Below are positions 1 to 8,132 of a DNA stretch of 64,000 nt, piece by piece; position 1 is the first letter of the stretch; every line of letters begins with the position of its first letter. The notes under the pieces are model-generated. The model was given only the letters and a program-made list of their open reading frames with translations, did no database searches and had not been told where the DNA came from. The translations under genes were made by a program, and so were the position numbers. The stretch covers positions 96,744 to 160,743 of the forward strand of contig SCSM01000039.1 of assembly GCA_004322215.1 (NCBI GenBank), given 5' to 3'. The stretch is from Bacteroidota bacterium. GTDB lineage: Bacteria > Bacteroidota > Ignavibacteria > Kapaibacteriales > UBA2268.

Positions 1-795
1 GGAGATACAACCTGGTTAAGACGTACAGAAAAGGATTTCTTTGGTGCTTTTGATGTGAAATTTGATTCAGAAAATAATATGTGGTTAGTCGAATACCATT
101 TCGGTTCTGATACACTTAGACACAGAGATAAAGATTTATTTTTTAAAAAGGTAAATGACACCGCATTTCAACATTTCGATTTGAAAGCAAGAAAAATTGT
201 CATTGATAAAGAAGACAATGTCTGGACATCGCAGGGGGATAAAATTGATAAATATGGCAATATTACACACATCAATTTAGAAGGAATTAATGGTGAATGG
301 AATGGATTTTCGGTTGCAATAGACTCATCAGAAGCAATTCTGTTTGGTGGTGCAAGTGTATTAGCAAGACTCGATAAAAATGGTAATATAACTTACCACT
401 ATGTTCCTTATGAATACCATATTGAAAAGATAACTGATATTGCTGTAGATAAAAATAATCGAATTTGGCTTGCATCTGTTTATTTATATAGATTGGACAC
501 TTATGTGAATATTAAAGATGAAACATCAATAAATTCAAATAAAATCATAAATATATTTCCTAACCCATCTAACAACATTGTAACTTTTAGTTATAATCTT
601 CAAAAAGATTGTCAGGTTAAATTGGAGTTGTACAATTTACTTGGGAAAAAAGTAACAACATTAGTAAATGAGTTTCAATTTGCTGGAGAAAAAAATATAA
701 TTTATAATTTAAATAATTCCTCAAATGGCTTACTCTATTATATCATAAAATTAGATGATACAATAGAATCAGGAAAACTCATTCAATGTGATTAA
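1..795 (+). CDS. Partial (5' end outside window) secreted beta-propeller protein with T9SS C-terminal sorting domain
   Basis: Frame is open from nt 1, so the track's GTG start at 55 is not the real start. Reg_prop-like beta-propeller motifs (NNRIWLAS). The C-terminal ~80 aa (NIFPNPSNNIVTFSYNL...KLELYNLLGKKV...GLLYYIIKL) match a Por/T9SS C-terminal domain. Confidence 0.6.
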   Translation, partial: GDTTWLRRTEKDFFGAFDVKFDSENNMWLVEYHFGSDTLRHRDKDLFFKKVNDTAFQHFDLKARKIVIDKEDNVWTSQGDKIDKYGNITHINLEGINGEWNGFSVAIDSSEAILFGGASVLARLDKNGNITYHYVPYEYHIEKITDIAVDKNNRIWLASVYLYRLDTYVNIKDETSINSNKIINIFPNPSNNIVTFSYNLQKDCQVKLELYNLLGKKVTTLVNEFQFAGEKNIIYNLNNSSNGLLYYIIKLDDTIESGKLIQCD

Positions 796-817
796 TTAAA
801 TAAGTATGTAAAACTTC

Positions 818-3052
818 CTACAAATCCTTATACGGATTGGGTCCTACTTCGTCTATCGTTTCGGCGAATTTGTTGAATATATCAGGCAGACGGTCGTACT
901 CGTCAATAGAAAGTGTGTGGATTTCCACGCGTTCCGGCTCCAATACGAGCTGTTTCAATTTCTCCTGAACATTTTCCATCCTGATATTCGCAAGCTCGCT
1001 GCCGCGTATAAAGTGGCACTGGTAATCATCCCCGTATTTACAGCCGATGAGAATCGCACCGTCGAATCCGGCGGCGAGTGCATCATTAATCCAGCTTGTG
1101 CTGACCGAACCGAGACACCTGACGGGAATTACCCTGATGTTCGGTGTGTAAAGCATCCTCTTTCTTGCGGCGATATCGAGAGAAGGATATGCATCGTTTT
1201 CACACATAAAGGCAATGATTCTCGGCTTCTCCTCATCTTCTTCCGGCATGTCAATTGATTTTATCATTGCTGAAATAATCGGCACAGAATAATCCTTGAA
1301 GCTGACAATTCTTTCGGGACATGCGCCCATGCAAATACCACAGCGGCGGCACCTGTTGGGATTCGGCATCGGAGTACCTTTTACGTCTTCTTCCAATGCA
1401 CCAAAGGGACATTCTTCAGTACAACGCTTGCATTGAGTACATCTCTGGAAGAAGAAATCGGGATAAGTCTTATCTCCTGACCTCGGGTGAACTGCAATAC
1501 CTTTCCTGATAGCTTCGAGTGCCTGGATTGCCTTGAGTGATGCACCGAGCGCATCGTTCTTGCATGCAACTGTATCCATCGGGTTTCTCACAGTTCCAGC
1601 CGCATAAATGGCTGTACGCCTTGTTTCGTAAGGGAAGCAAATGTAATGTGAATCGGGGAAACCGTAATGCAGAGTTGGTAAATCTTTCCCCTGGATGTAT
1701 TTCAAATTCAATACCGAATATTCCGGCTCGACTGCTTCATCAGGTTTTTCTTCGGCAGGTTTAGAATCTACTGAGGGATTTTCTGTTTTTTTAACAGTTT
1801 TTATTCTGTCAGCCGCTGAGTTTGGCATCATACCTGCGGCAAGTACAACCATATCTGCCTGAATTTGAATCTTCTCACCGACAAATGTGTTATCAACATC
1901 AACATTAATTGTTCCATTATTAACATTAACTCCTGCAATCTCGCCTTTTGTGAGAAAGATAGTGTCTTCGTTTTGAACCCGCTTTAAGAACAATTCATAA
2001 TTCGCGGGGGTGCGGAAATCCTTATATATGATATATATTTTTGCATTGGGATACTTTTCCTGAACATACAATGCCTGCTTCAATGAAGTCATACAGCATA
2101 TTGAGGAGCAGTAGGGAAGATGTTCCTTATCACGGGAACCTGCACACTGAATAAATACGATGCTGTTAATTGCTCCGTTATCACTTGGTTTCTTTAGATT
2201 ATTATTCTTTGCGAGTTCTTCAAATTCAACATTCGTTACAATGTTTTTGGAAGAACCATAGCCGAGATATGATAGCTTCTCCGGCTCATAAGGTTTCCAG
2301 CCCGTCGCTTGTATGATTGTACCGACAACGAAGTTTTGAGTATCGCCATTAATTTTTGCAGTAACATTGAAAGCTCCCGGCTGTCCTGCAGTCTCTTCCA
2401 GTGTGCAGTTAGTCAAGACTTTGATTTTATCATTAGACATTATCTCAGCAATCAAATCATCGCAGGGATTTGCTTCGAGTTCAGTATAAGGTGCTTTTCG
2501 AGGAGTCAGTTTATAGAGTTTTTTATAATATCCTCCGAGTTCTTTTTCTTTTTCAACAAGAACAACATTATATCCCGCTTTGGCAGATGACAATGCCGCA
2601 TTCATACCCGTTACACCACCACCGACAACCATGACAGTATCATTGATGTCGAGAATCATCGGTTGAGGAATATCTGAATTCTGCATTTTGACTACACCCA
2701 TTTTTAAATAATCTTTTGCGAGTGCATCGGTTTCTTCTTCATTCGGCTTATGTGACCAGCACACGTGTTCCCTTATGTTCACCCTGTCAACAAGGACATT
2801 TTCACCGAACCTGAAAACTTCTGTCATATATCTTGGAGAGCATGCACCTATGACAACCCTGTTGAGTCCTTCTACTTCAATATCTTTTCTGATTTCCTGA
2901 ATTGCGAGGTCTCCGCAAAGGCAGGAGTTGATTTTTGATACAGGGATTTTTGTTTCTTTCTGAACTGTCTCGCAAATCGCCTGGCAATTAATTGAACCAC
3001 CGATTTCACATCCTGAGCATAAGTACATTCCGACTTTAGTTTCTATAGCCAT
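818..3052 (-). CDS. HdrA-family FAD/FeS flavoprotein with C-terminal MvhD-like domain (QmoB-like)
   Basis: 744 aa. N-terminal Cys cluster, GxGxxG FAD fold (VMVVGGGVTGMNAAL), ferredoxin-type CxxCxxCxxxCP motifs, and a C-terminal MvhD-like segment (CENDAYPSLD...VIPVRCLGSVS...ILIGCKYGDDYQCHF). Size and domain order match QmoB (~750 aa). Confidence 0.7.
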   Translation of the reverse strand: MAIETKVGMYLCSGCEIGGSINCQAICETVQKETKIPVSKINSCLCGDLAIQEIRKDIEVEGLNRVVIGACSPRYMTEVFRFGENVLVDRVNIREHVCWSHKPNEEETDALAKDYLKMGVVKMQNSDIPQPMILDINDTVMVVGGGVTGMNAALSSAKAGYNVVLVEKEKELGGYYKKLYKLTPRKAPYTELEANPCDDLIAEIMSNDKIKVLTNCTLEETAGQPGAFNVTAKINGDTQNFVVGTIIQATGWKPYEPEKLSYLGYGSSKNIVTNVEFEELAKNNNLKKPSDNGAINSIVFIQCAGSRDKEHLPYCSSICCMTSLKQALYVQEKYPNAKIYIIYKDFRTPANYELFLKRVQNEDTIFLTKGEIAGVNVNNGTINVDVDNTFVGEKIQIQADMVVLAAGMMPNSAADRIKTVKKTENPSVDSKPAEEKPDEAVEPEYSVLNLKYIQGKDLPTLHYGFPDSHYICFPYETRRTAIYAAGTVRNPMDTVACKNDALGASLKAIQALEAIRKGIAVHPRSGDKTYPDFFFQRCTQCKRCTEECPFGALEEDVKGTPMPNPNRCRRCGICMGACPERIVSFKDYSVPIISAMIKSIDMPEEDEEKPRIIAFMCENDAYPSLDIAARKRMLYTPNIRVIPVRCLGSVSTSWINDALAAGFDGAILIGCKYGDDYQCHFIRGSELANIRMENVQEKLKQLVLEPERVEIHTLSIDEYDRLPDIFNKFAETIDEVGPNPYKDL

Positions 3053-3053
3053 C

Positions 3054-4325
3054 TCAGTTCCCTCCTTTCACAATGTGAATTGCTTTCATCGCAGCACCTG
3101 TTGATTCCTGCACTACAGAAGACACCTCCTTAGGTCCTGTGCATACTCCGCATCCGATAATTGTTTTGTCAACATCTGTTCTTATAAATCCGTTTTCATC
3201 TAAAATTGATTTATCAGGGAATCCATTCCTTGATTTTGTCGGTTGCATTCCTGTTGCCAGCACAACAAGGTCAACTGTATATTGTTTCAAAACAGCATTC
3301 ATTGTATCATCTGCCTCAACTATTAATTGATTTGAATCCGGGTCCTGCATTACCTTTGCAACCTTACCCCTATGAAAAAACACCTTGCTGTCGTTCTGCA
3401 TTTTTGAATAAAAATCTTCAAGTGGTCCCGGTGAACGAATGTCAATATAAAATACATGAATCTCAGTTTCAGGTATCTGCTCTCTAATGTATTGTGCTTG
3501 CTTGAGCGAAGCCATACAGCAGACTGATGAACAATACTCGAGATGGTTCTCATCACGCGAGCCGGCACACTGAACAAATGCAACTTTCTCTATTGGTTTA
3601 TCTGAACCCGGAATCTGGATTTTTCCACCGGTTGGTCCGCTTGGCGAAGCAAGACGTTCGAGCATCATATTTGTAATGACACCCTGCAGCTTGCCGTAAC
3701 CTAATGTTTCCAGCTTCTTTGCATCGTAAGGGTCCCAGCCGGATGCCCACACAATAGCTTTTGCACTTATATTTAATTCTTTTTCTTCTTCATTAAGGTC
3801 TATTGCATTATACTTGCAGGAATCAATAATCAAATTCAGTTCTTCCCGGCTGCAAAGTTTTTTATCGAGAACATATTTCATAGGATAGCAATTATTATAG
3901 GGAAGATAAATCGCCTTTGTTTTGTCCATACCGAAATTGAAATCGTTGCTTCTCTCGACAGTACAAGCAGTGGCACAATCGCCGCAGTTTGTGCATTTAT
4001 TATTCACATATCTCGGATTTACTTTAACATTTACATTGTAATTTCCTGCATCACCTGAAATAGTTTTCACTTCAGAAAGAGTATAAAGAGTGATTCTCGG
4101 ATTGTCTCTCAATCTTCTTATGTTAATTTCCAAACCGCAGGTAGGCGGGCACAATTTTGGGAAGTATTGATTCAGTTGAGCCACTCTACCGCCTATATAA
4201 GGATTCTTTTCAATGAGTGTTACAGTGAATCCGGTTTCTGCCGCTTCTAATGCAGTCGAAATTCCTGAAATTCCTGCTCCAACTACCAGAATGTCAGTAT
4301 CAATAGAACACTTTTCCATAATCAT
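3054..4325 (-). CDS. HdrA-family FAD-dependent flavoprotein (QmoA-like)
   Basis: 423 aa. ILVVGAGISGISTALEAAETG FAD-binding fold. YFPKLCPPTCGLEINIRRL motif typical of QmoA/HdrA. A 2-nt gap to the downstream QmoB-like gene makes a qmoA->qmoB-like operon on the minus strand. Confidence 0.7.
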   Translation of the reverse strand: MIMEKCSIDTDILVVGAGISGISTALEAAETGFTVTLIEKNPYIGGRVAQLNQYFPKLCPPTCGLEINIRRLRDNPRITLYTLSEVKTISGDAGNYNVNVKVNPRYVNNKCTNCGDCATACTVERSNDFNFGMDKTKAIYLPYNNCYPMKYVLDKKLCSREELNLIIDSCKYNAIDLNEEEKELNISAKAIVWASGWDPYDAKKLETLGYGKLQGVITNMMLERLASPSGPTGGKIQIPGSDKPIEKVAFVQCAGSRDENHLEYCSSVCCMASLKQAQYIREQIPETEIHVFYIDIRSPGPLEDFYSKMQNDSKVFFHRGKVAKVMQDPDSNQLIVEADDTMNAVLKQYTVDLVVLATGMQPTKSRNGFPDKSILDENGFIRTDVDKTIIGCGVCTGPKEVSSVVQESTGAAMKAIHIVKGGN

Positions 4326-4602
4326 TTCTTTCTATATTATTTATCATTTTTGATGTTTCAATTGCAAGAGGTATGAGGTTAAAATTCCATCTATATCTCT
4401 GTCATCCAATAATCATAAATCATTATTGTTTCTAAATTAAATTACTTAGTCAGCTATTACAAGTGTACAAATCTTATTGTAATCTGAGTGTGGTGAAATG
4501 CGGGATAAATTTATATATTTGAAATTGTGATAATGACATAACTAAAAGTTTTAAATAATTAGGAATATAATTCCTCTTAATTCCAAATTATTAATATGAA
4601 TA

Positions 4603-4857
4603 ATGACAGAAAATGCAAAAATTATAACCGATAAACTGAAAACTGCACTGGAATCCGATTCTAATGTGGATTTTGCGGTTACTTTCGGTTCTGTGTTGGA
4701 AAAAGAAAAATTCAGGGATATTGATGTTGCCGTATATTTCGTAAAACCACCCGAAGGTATGGAACTTCTCAATTATATGGCATCACTTGACAGGGCGGTA
4801 GGCGCAGAAGTTGACCTTAACGTGTTAAATTCTGCAGGTCCATTTCTAAGACATTAA
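4603..4857 (+). CDS. MNT-type minimal nucleotidyltransferase (antitoxin of a HepT/MNT TA pair), apparently interrupted by an in-frame TAA
   Basis: GS...D.D nucleotidyltransferase motif (VTFGSVLEKEKFRDIDVAVYF). After the TAA at 4855-4857 the same frame stays open to 4983 and encodes ...GEHLFLRD..., a typical MNT C-terminus, overlapping the HepT start by 11 nt. Confidence 0.6.
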   Translation: MTENAKIITDKLKTALESDSNVDFAVTFGSVLEKEKFRDIDVAVYFVKPPEGMELLNYMASLDRAVGAEVDLNVLNSAGPFLRH

Positions 4858-4972
4858 GTTTTCAAAATAGGGGAGCATTTATTCCTTCGTGATTTCATAA
4901 AATATGCAGATTTCTGTGATAAGACAATTGCAGATTATATGGATTATAAGTACATCACAGGATTGGATAAAT

Positions 4973-5395
4973 ATGATAGATAAAATTCTTGTTGAAAGAA
5001 ATTAAAAAGCCATCGAGGACTTTCTCAGGGAAATTCAGAATAGTCCAGAGGTAAATAAATTTTATGAATTTGAAAATAATGTTCAATTCAAAAGATTCAT
5101 TGAAAGAAACATCGAACTCTGCATTGAGAAGATGATTGATGTTTGCAGGCATATAGTAAGCCATTTGAATCTGAAGGAGCCAGAATCATACAGTGAATGC
5201 TTTGAAATGTTGACTAAGGAAGGAATAATTTCTCAGGAATATCTTACAACAATACAATCAATGATAAAGTTCAGGAATTTACTAATCCATGCTTATGAAA
5301 AAATTGATGACAATATCACTTATGGAATTTACAAAAAACACCTGCCTGATATTAAGCAATTTGTACATGTCATTAGAAAATATAATATAAAGTAG
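4973..5395 (+). pseudogene. HepT (DUF86, HEPN-fold) toxin with an in-frame TAA at 5003-5005; the track reports only the 3' portion (5132-5395)
   Basis: ATG at 4973 gives MIDKILVERN, then TAA, then KAIEDFLREIQ... in the same frame as track ORF 5132-5395. The C-terminal R-x4-H-x-Y HEPN motif is present (FRNLLIHAYEKID). Confidence 0.55.
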
Positions 5396-5419
5396 GGGCA
5401 ATTCCTGAATTACCCCTAC
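5392..5419 (-). terminator. Rho-independent terminator after flgE (the stem also overlaps the HepT stop on the + strand)
   Basis: Perfect 7-bp GC-rich stem GTAGGGG/CCCCTAC with a 14-nt loop, followed on the minus strand by a T-rich tract. It lies 13 nt downstream of the flgE stop. Confidence 0.6.
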
Positions 5420-5432
5420 AATAAAATTAAAA

Positions 5433-6746
5433 TTACCGTCTCAAATTGTTTGTTTCCTGAAGCATCTGGTCGCTTACTGATATCGTTCTGGCTGATGCCT
5501 CGAATGCTCTCTGTGTTGTGATTATATCAGTGAACTCAGTCGTCAAATCCACATTTGATTGCTCCAATGCACCGCTTACCATCGTGGTGGATGGATTATC
5601 CTCACCACCTGTTCCAATGAATGCAGTACCACTGTTTGGTGCAACTTTGAACATGTTAGAACCGTCTTTCAACAAACCTCCCGGATTCGAAAATTTTGCC
5701 ATAACTATTTGACCGAGAACTTCATTCTTGCCGTTTGTAAAAGCACCCCATACTTTACCGGATGTGTCAATCGAAAAGCCAGAAAGCTCGCCTGACTGGA
5801 ATCCATCCTGGTCAATTGCAGTTGCCGTGCTTGAGCCGGCATAGTTTGTCAATCCGTTTCCTGCCTGTCCTGAAAGATTTATTGTAATATCTTCAGGAAA
5901 TAAATTCTGGAAAGTAGGATTAGTGCTAACTGCAACAGTAAGGGTTGATGGTGTATTCAAAGTACCGTCTGCGTTGAAGGTTATTTCGGGAGAAGCTCCA
6001 GCAACAAGGTCGGTTGCATCTCCATCTAATGTTACAGTTACATCAAATTGAGCATCTGCAACTTTTTCGAAAGTAATGTCCAATGTATGAGTGCCGCCTC
6101 GTTGGTCATAAACTACGATAGTCGTTGACCTCGTATTATCAGGAGAAGTTAAAGGCATATTTGCATTTAGATTACCTGTAACTTCCACGTTATGTGATTG
6201 CTGTGGAGGTGAAATCATAGTCGAAGGAATCTGAAGATTTTTTACATTACGGTCGAGAATCGTTGAACCGTCTGTATTTCTTACGAGATTATTACTTGCA
6301 TCCAATTGAACGCTGTAACCTTGTAAGAATGCTCCTGTAGTACTGTCAACGAAGTAACCTTCTTTGTCAAGTGCTATCATGCCTGCTCTTGAGAATAACC
6401 TCTGATTGTTCAAATTATAGACGAAGAATCCTTCCCCCTGTAAAGCTAAGTCCAGTGGTCTGTCAGTATATTCGAGCGAACCCTGTGACATATTATTTGA
6501 AACTGATGCAATTTTTACACCCAATCCGAATTGAAGCGGGTTTATACCGCCGATTGCCCTGGAACCGGCAATTTCCGGCGGACTGCCATAGCCAGTTGTC
6601 TGACTAAAAAGGTCTGCAAAAGTCATCCTGCTGGATTTATATCCAAAGGTATTAACATTTGCAAGATTGTTTGAAATGACATCGAAACGCCGCTGATTAA
6701 TTCTCAAAGAGCTGGCGCTGATTGATAAAGCTCTGCTTAAGCCCAT
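5433..6746 (-). CDS. flgE: Flagellar hook protein FlgE
   Basis: N-terminal rod/hook motif (SNNLANVNTFGYK). Conserved C-terminus (TDIITTQRAFEASARTISVSDQMLQETNNL). 437 aa with a central hook domain. Last gene of the flagellar operon. Confidence 0.9.
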   Translation of the reverse strand: MGLSRALSISASSLRINQRRFDVISNNLANVNTFGYKSSRMTFADLFSQTTGYGSPPEIAGSRAIGGINPLQFGLGVKIASVSNNMSQGSLEYTDRPLDLALQGEGFFVYNLNNQRLFSRAGMIALDKEGYFVDSTTGAFLQGYSVQLDASNNLVRNTDGSTILDRNVKNLQIPSTMISPPQQSHNVEVTGNLNANMPLTSPDNTRSTTIVVYDQRGGTHTLDITFEKVADAQFDVTVTLDGDATDLVAGASPEITFNADGTLNTPSTLTVAVSTNPTFQNLFPEDITINLSGQAGNGLTNYAGSSTATAIDQDGFQSGELSGFSIDTSGKVWGAFTNGKNEVLGQIVMAKFSNPGGLLKDGSNMFKVAPNSGTAFIGTGGEDNPSTTMVSGALEQSNVDLTTEFTDIITTQRAFEASARTISVSDQMLQETNNLRR

Positions 6747-6870
6747 TTATGAACCCTCCTTGGTTTAAAAATATTGTTATTACTTTTTTTTCTTAACTCC
6801 TCAGTCATTCGGAGTTTTCATCATGGGATTTCCTGTCCACTATTGGGAGCGAGGTCCAATCCCTAAATAA

Positions 6871-7266
6871 TTATGCAAATACCACCGAGTCAATATTTGT
6901 AATGACTCTGTCCTCCAAATCATTGCTGTCAACGACTGTAATCACTGTCTTGTTCGGTACGCTTACAATGAAACCTTTTTCATTCAGCATAACCAATGAT
7001 TCCGTAGAACCCTTTTCATCTGCCTTAGCAACTGCACTCGAAAGCCGGGTTAAATCCTCTTCTCCGAGGTCAATTTCCCTGCTTGTCAGTCTCGATTGAG
7101 CATGAGACGAGAATTTCAGCTTATCGAGCTCCTGCCTGAAGATTTCCTCAAACGATGTATTCATCCGGTTCTGAGTCGGCTGAAGTGTTTGTTTCTTCAG
7201 TTCGCTTATACCTCCTGCCGGAAGAAAAGGCAGCATCACTCCGTTAATTTCTGGCAAATTATTCAC
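6871..7266 (-). CDS. Small flagellar-operon protein of unknown function (flgD-flgE intergenic family, TIGR02530-like)
   Basis: 131-aa ORF sitting between flgD and flgE, as in spirochaete and Thermotoga operons. No recognisable catalytic motif. Confidence 0.4.
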   Translation of the reverse strand: MNNLPEINGVMLPFLPAGGISELKKQTLQPTQNRMNTSFEEIFRQELDKLKFSSHAQSRLTSREIDLGEEDLTRLSSAVAKADEKGSTESLVMLNEKGFIVSVPNKTVITVVDSNDLEDRVITNIDSVVFA

Positions 7267-7418
7267 CCCCTATAATCCATTCGTTAAACATATTTATAAT
7301 TTAATTCAAATTTTAATTTATAATTTTAAATTTTCAATGAATTTTTTAAAATTTAATTTTTAAACATTTTTCTTTGTTTTATCATTTTTAATTTTTTATT
7401 TTAAATTTTAATTCTAAA

Positions 7419-8108
7419 CTAACTTTCTGTTGAAATATCCGTAACATTTTCAAGCGGCACCTCCAATCCATTGATTACGAGCATCGTCCCTTCGGATTTG
7501 AACCTGACTGCCTCTATTACACCATAAGTGTAACAATCGGGATTATAAGATGTTCCGGCTTTGTCCTTAGCAGTCACACTGAATGTATATTGTCCGGATG
7601 CAAGCTGATTGCCGTTTCCGTCTTTTCCATCCCAGTTAATCGTGTGGTCGCCGCTTTCGAGGTCTGAACCGGAAAGTTCAATTGTTCTGACTACCTTACC
7701 GGTAGAATCTTTTATTTGCAGTTCTCCACTTGCTGCAGTTATATCGAGCTTATATCCAAGTTTGACGGAGCTGTTTCCGTCATACGTGGCTGTATTTGAA
7801 ATTGCTTTTGCATTTTTACCCAACAATCCCGGCAAAGCCGAATTTGAGATTGTTTTGGTCAGCAGCAAGTTTGAATTTACCTGCCCTTCAATTAATGAGC
7901 GTATGTCTGTTAAAGTTTCAAGTTGTGAGAATTGTGCAAGCTGCGATGCAAATTCCTGGTTGTCATACGGCTTCAAAGGATTTTGAGATTTAAGCTGATA
8001 AGTCAACAGTTTTAAGAACTGGTCCTTACCAATCTCACCTGGTTTCTTAGTTTGCTGAGAGTAGCTACTGCTTGCTGATGATGCAGTATTTGATATACTT
8101 TCTGTCAT
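7419..8108 (-). CDS. flgD: Flagellar hook assembly/capping protein FlgD
   Basis: N-terminal FlgD signature (KDQFLKLLTYQLKSQNPLKP). Position between fliK and flgE. Confidence 0.85.
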   Translation of the reverse strand: MTESISNTASSASSSYSQQTKKPGEIGKDQFLKLLTYQLKSQNPLKPYDNQEFASQLAQFSQLETLTDIRSLIEGQVNSNLLLTKTISNSALPGLLGKNAKAISNTATYDGNSSVKLGYKLDITAASGELQIKDSTGKVVRTIELSGSDLESGDHTINWDGKDGNGNQLASGQYTFSVTAKDKAGTSYNPDCYTYGVIEAVRFKSEGTMLVINGLEVPLENVTDISTES

Positions 8109-8132
8109 TAGTGCATGCTCCTTTAATTAATG

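Noticed and set aside
917-1258. Numerous 60-170-aa ORFs antisense to or out of frame within large genes (e.g. 917-1258, 3206-3487, 13530-14030, 14718-15008, 26981-27232, 47137-47613, 54786-55154)
   Set aside because: They lie entirely inside strongly supported longer CDSs on the opposite strand or another frame. They have low-complexity composition and no motifs.
4855-5005. Possibility that the in-frame TAA codons in MNT and HepT reflect stop-codon reassignment
   Set aside because: TAA is used as the terminator by many well-supported genes in the window (flgE, mscL, rpmG, fmt), followed by terminators or the next gene's start. Recoding is not supported; pseudogenisation or sequence error is more parsimonious.
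7267-7418. AT-only stretch with repeated AATTTTAA-like units between the small flagellar ORF and flgD
   Set aside because: It looks like simple low-complexity AT-rich spacer. Only the terminal 21-mer is exactly repeated elsewhere, and that is reported separately.
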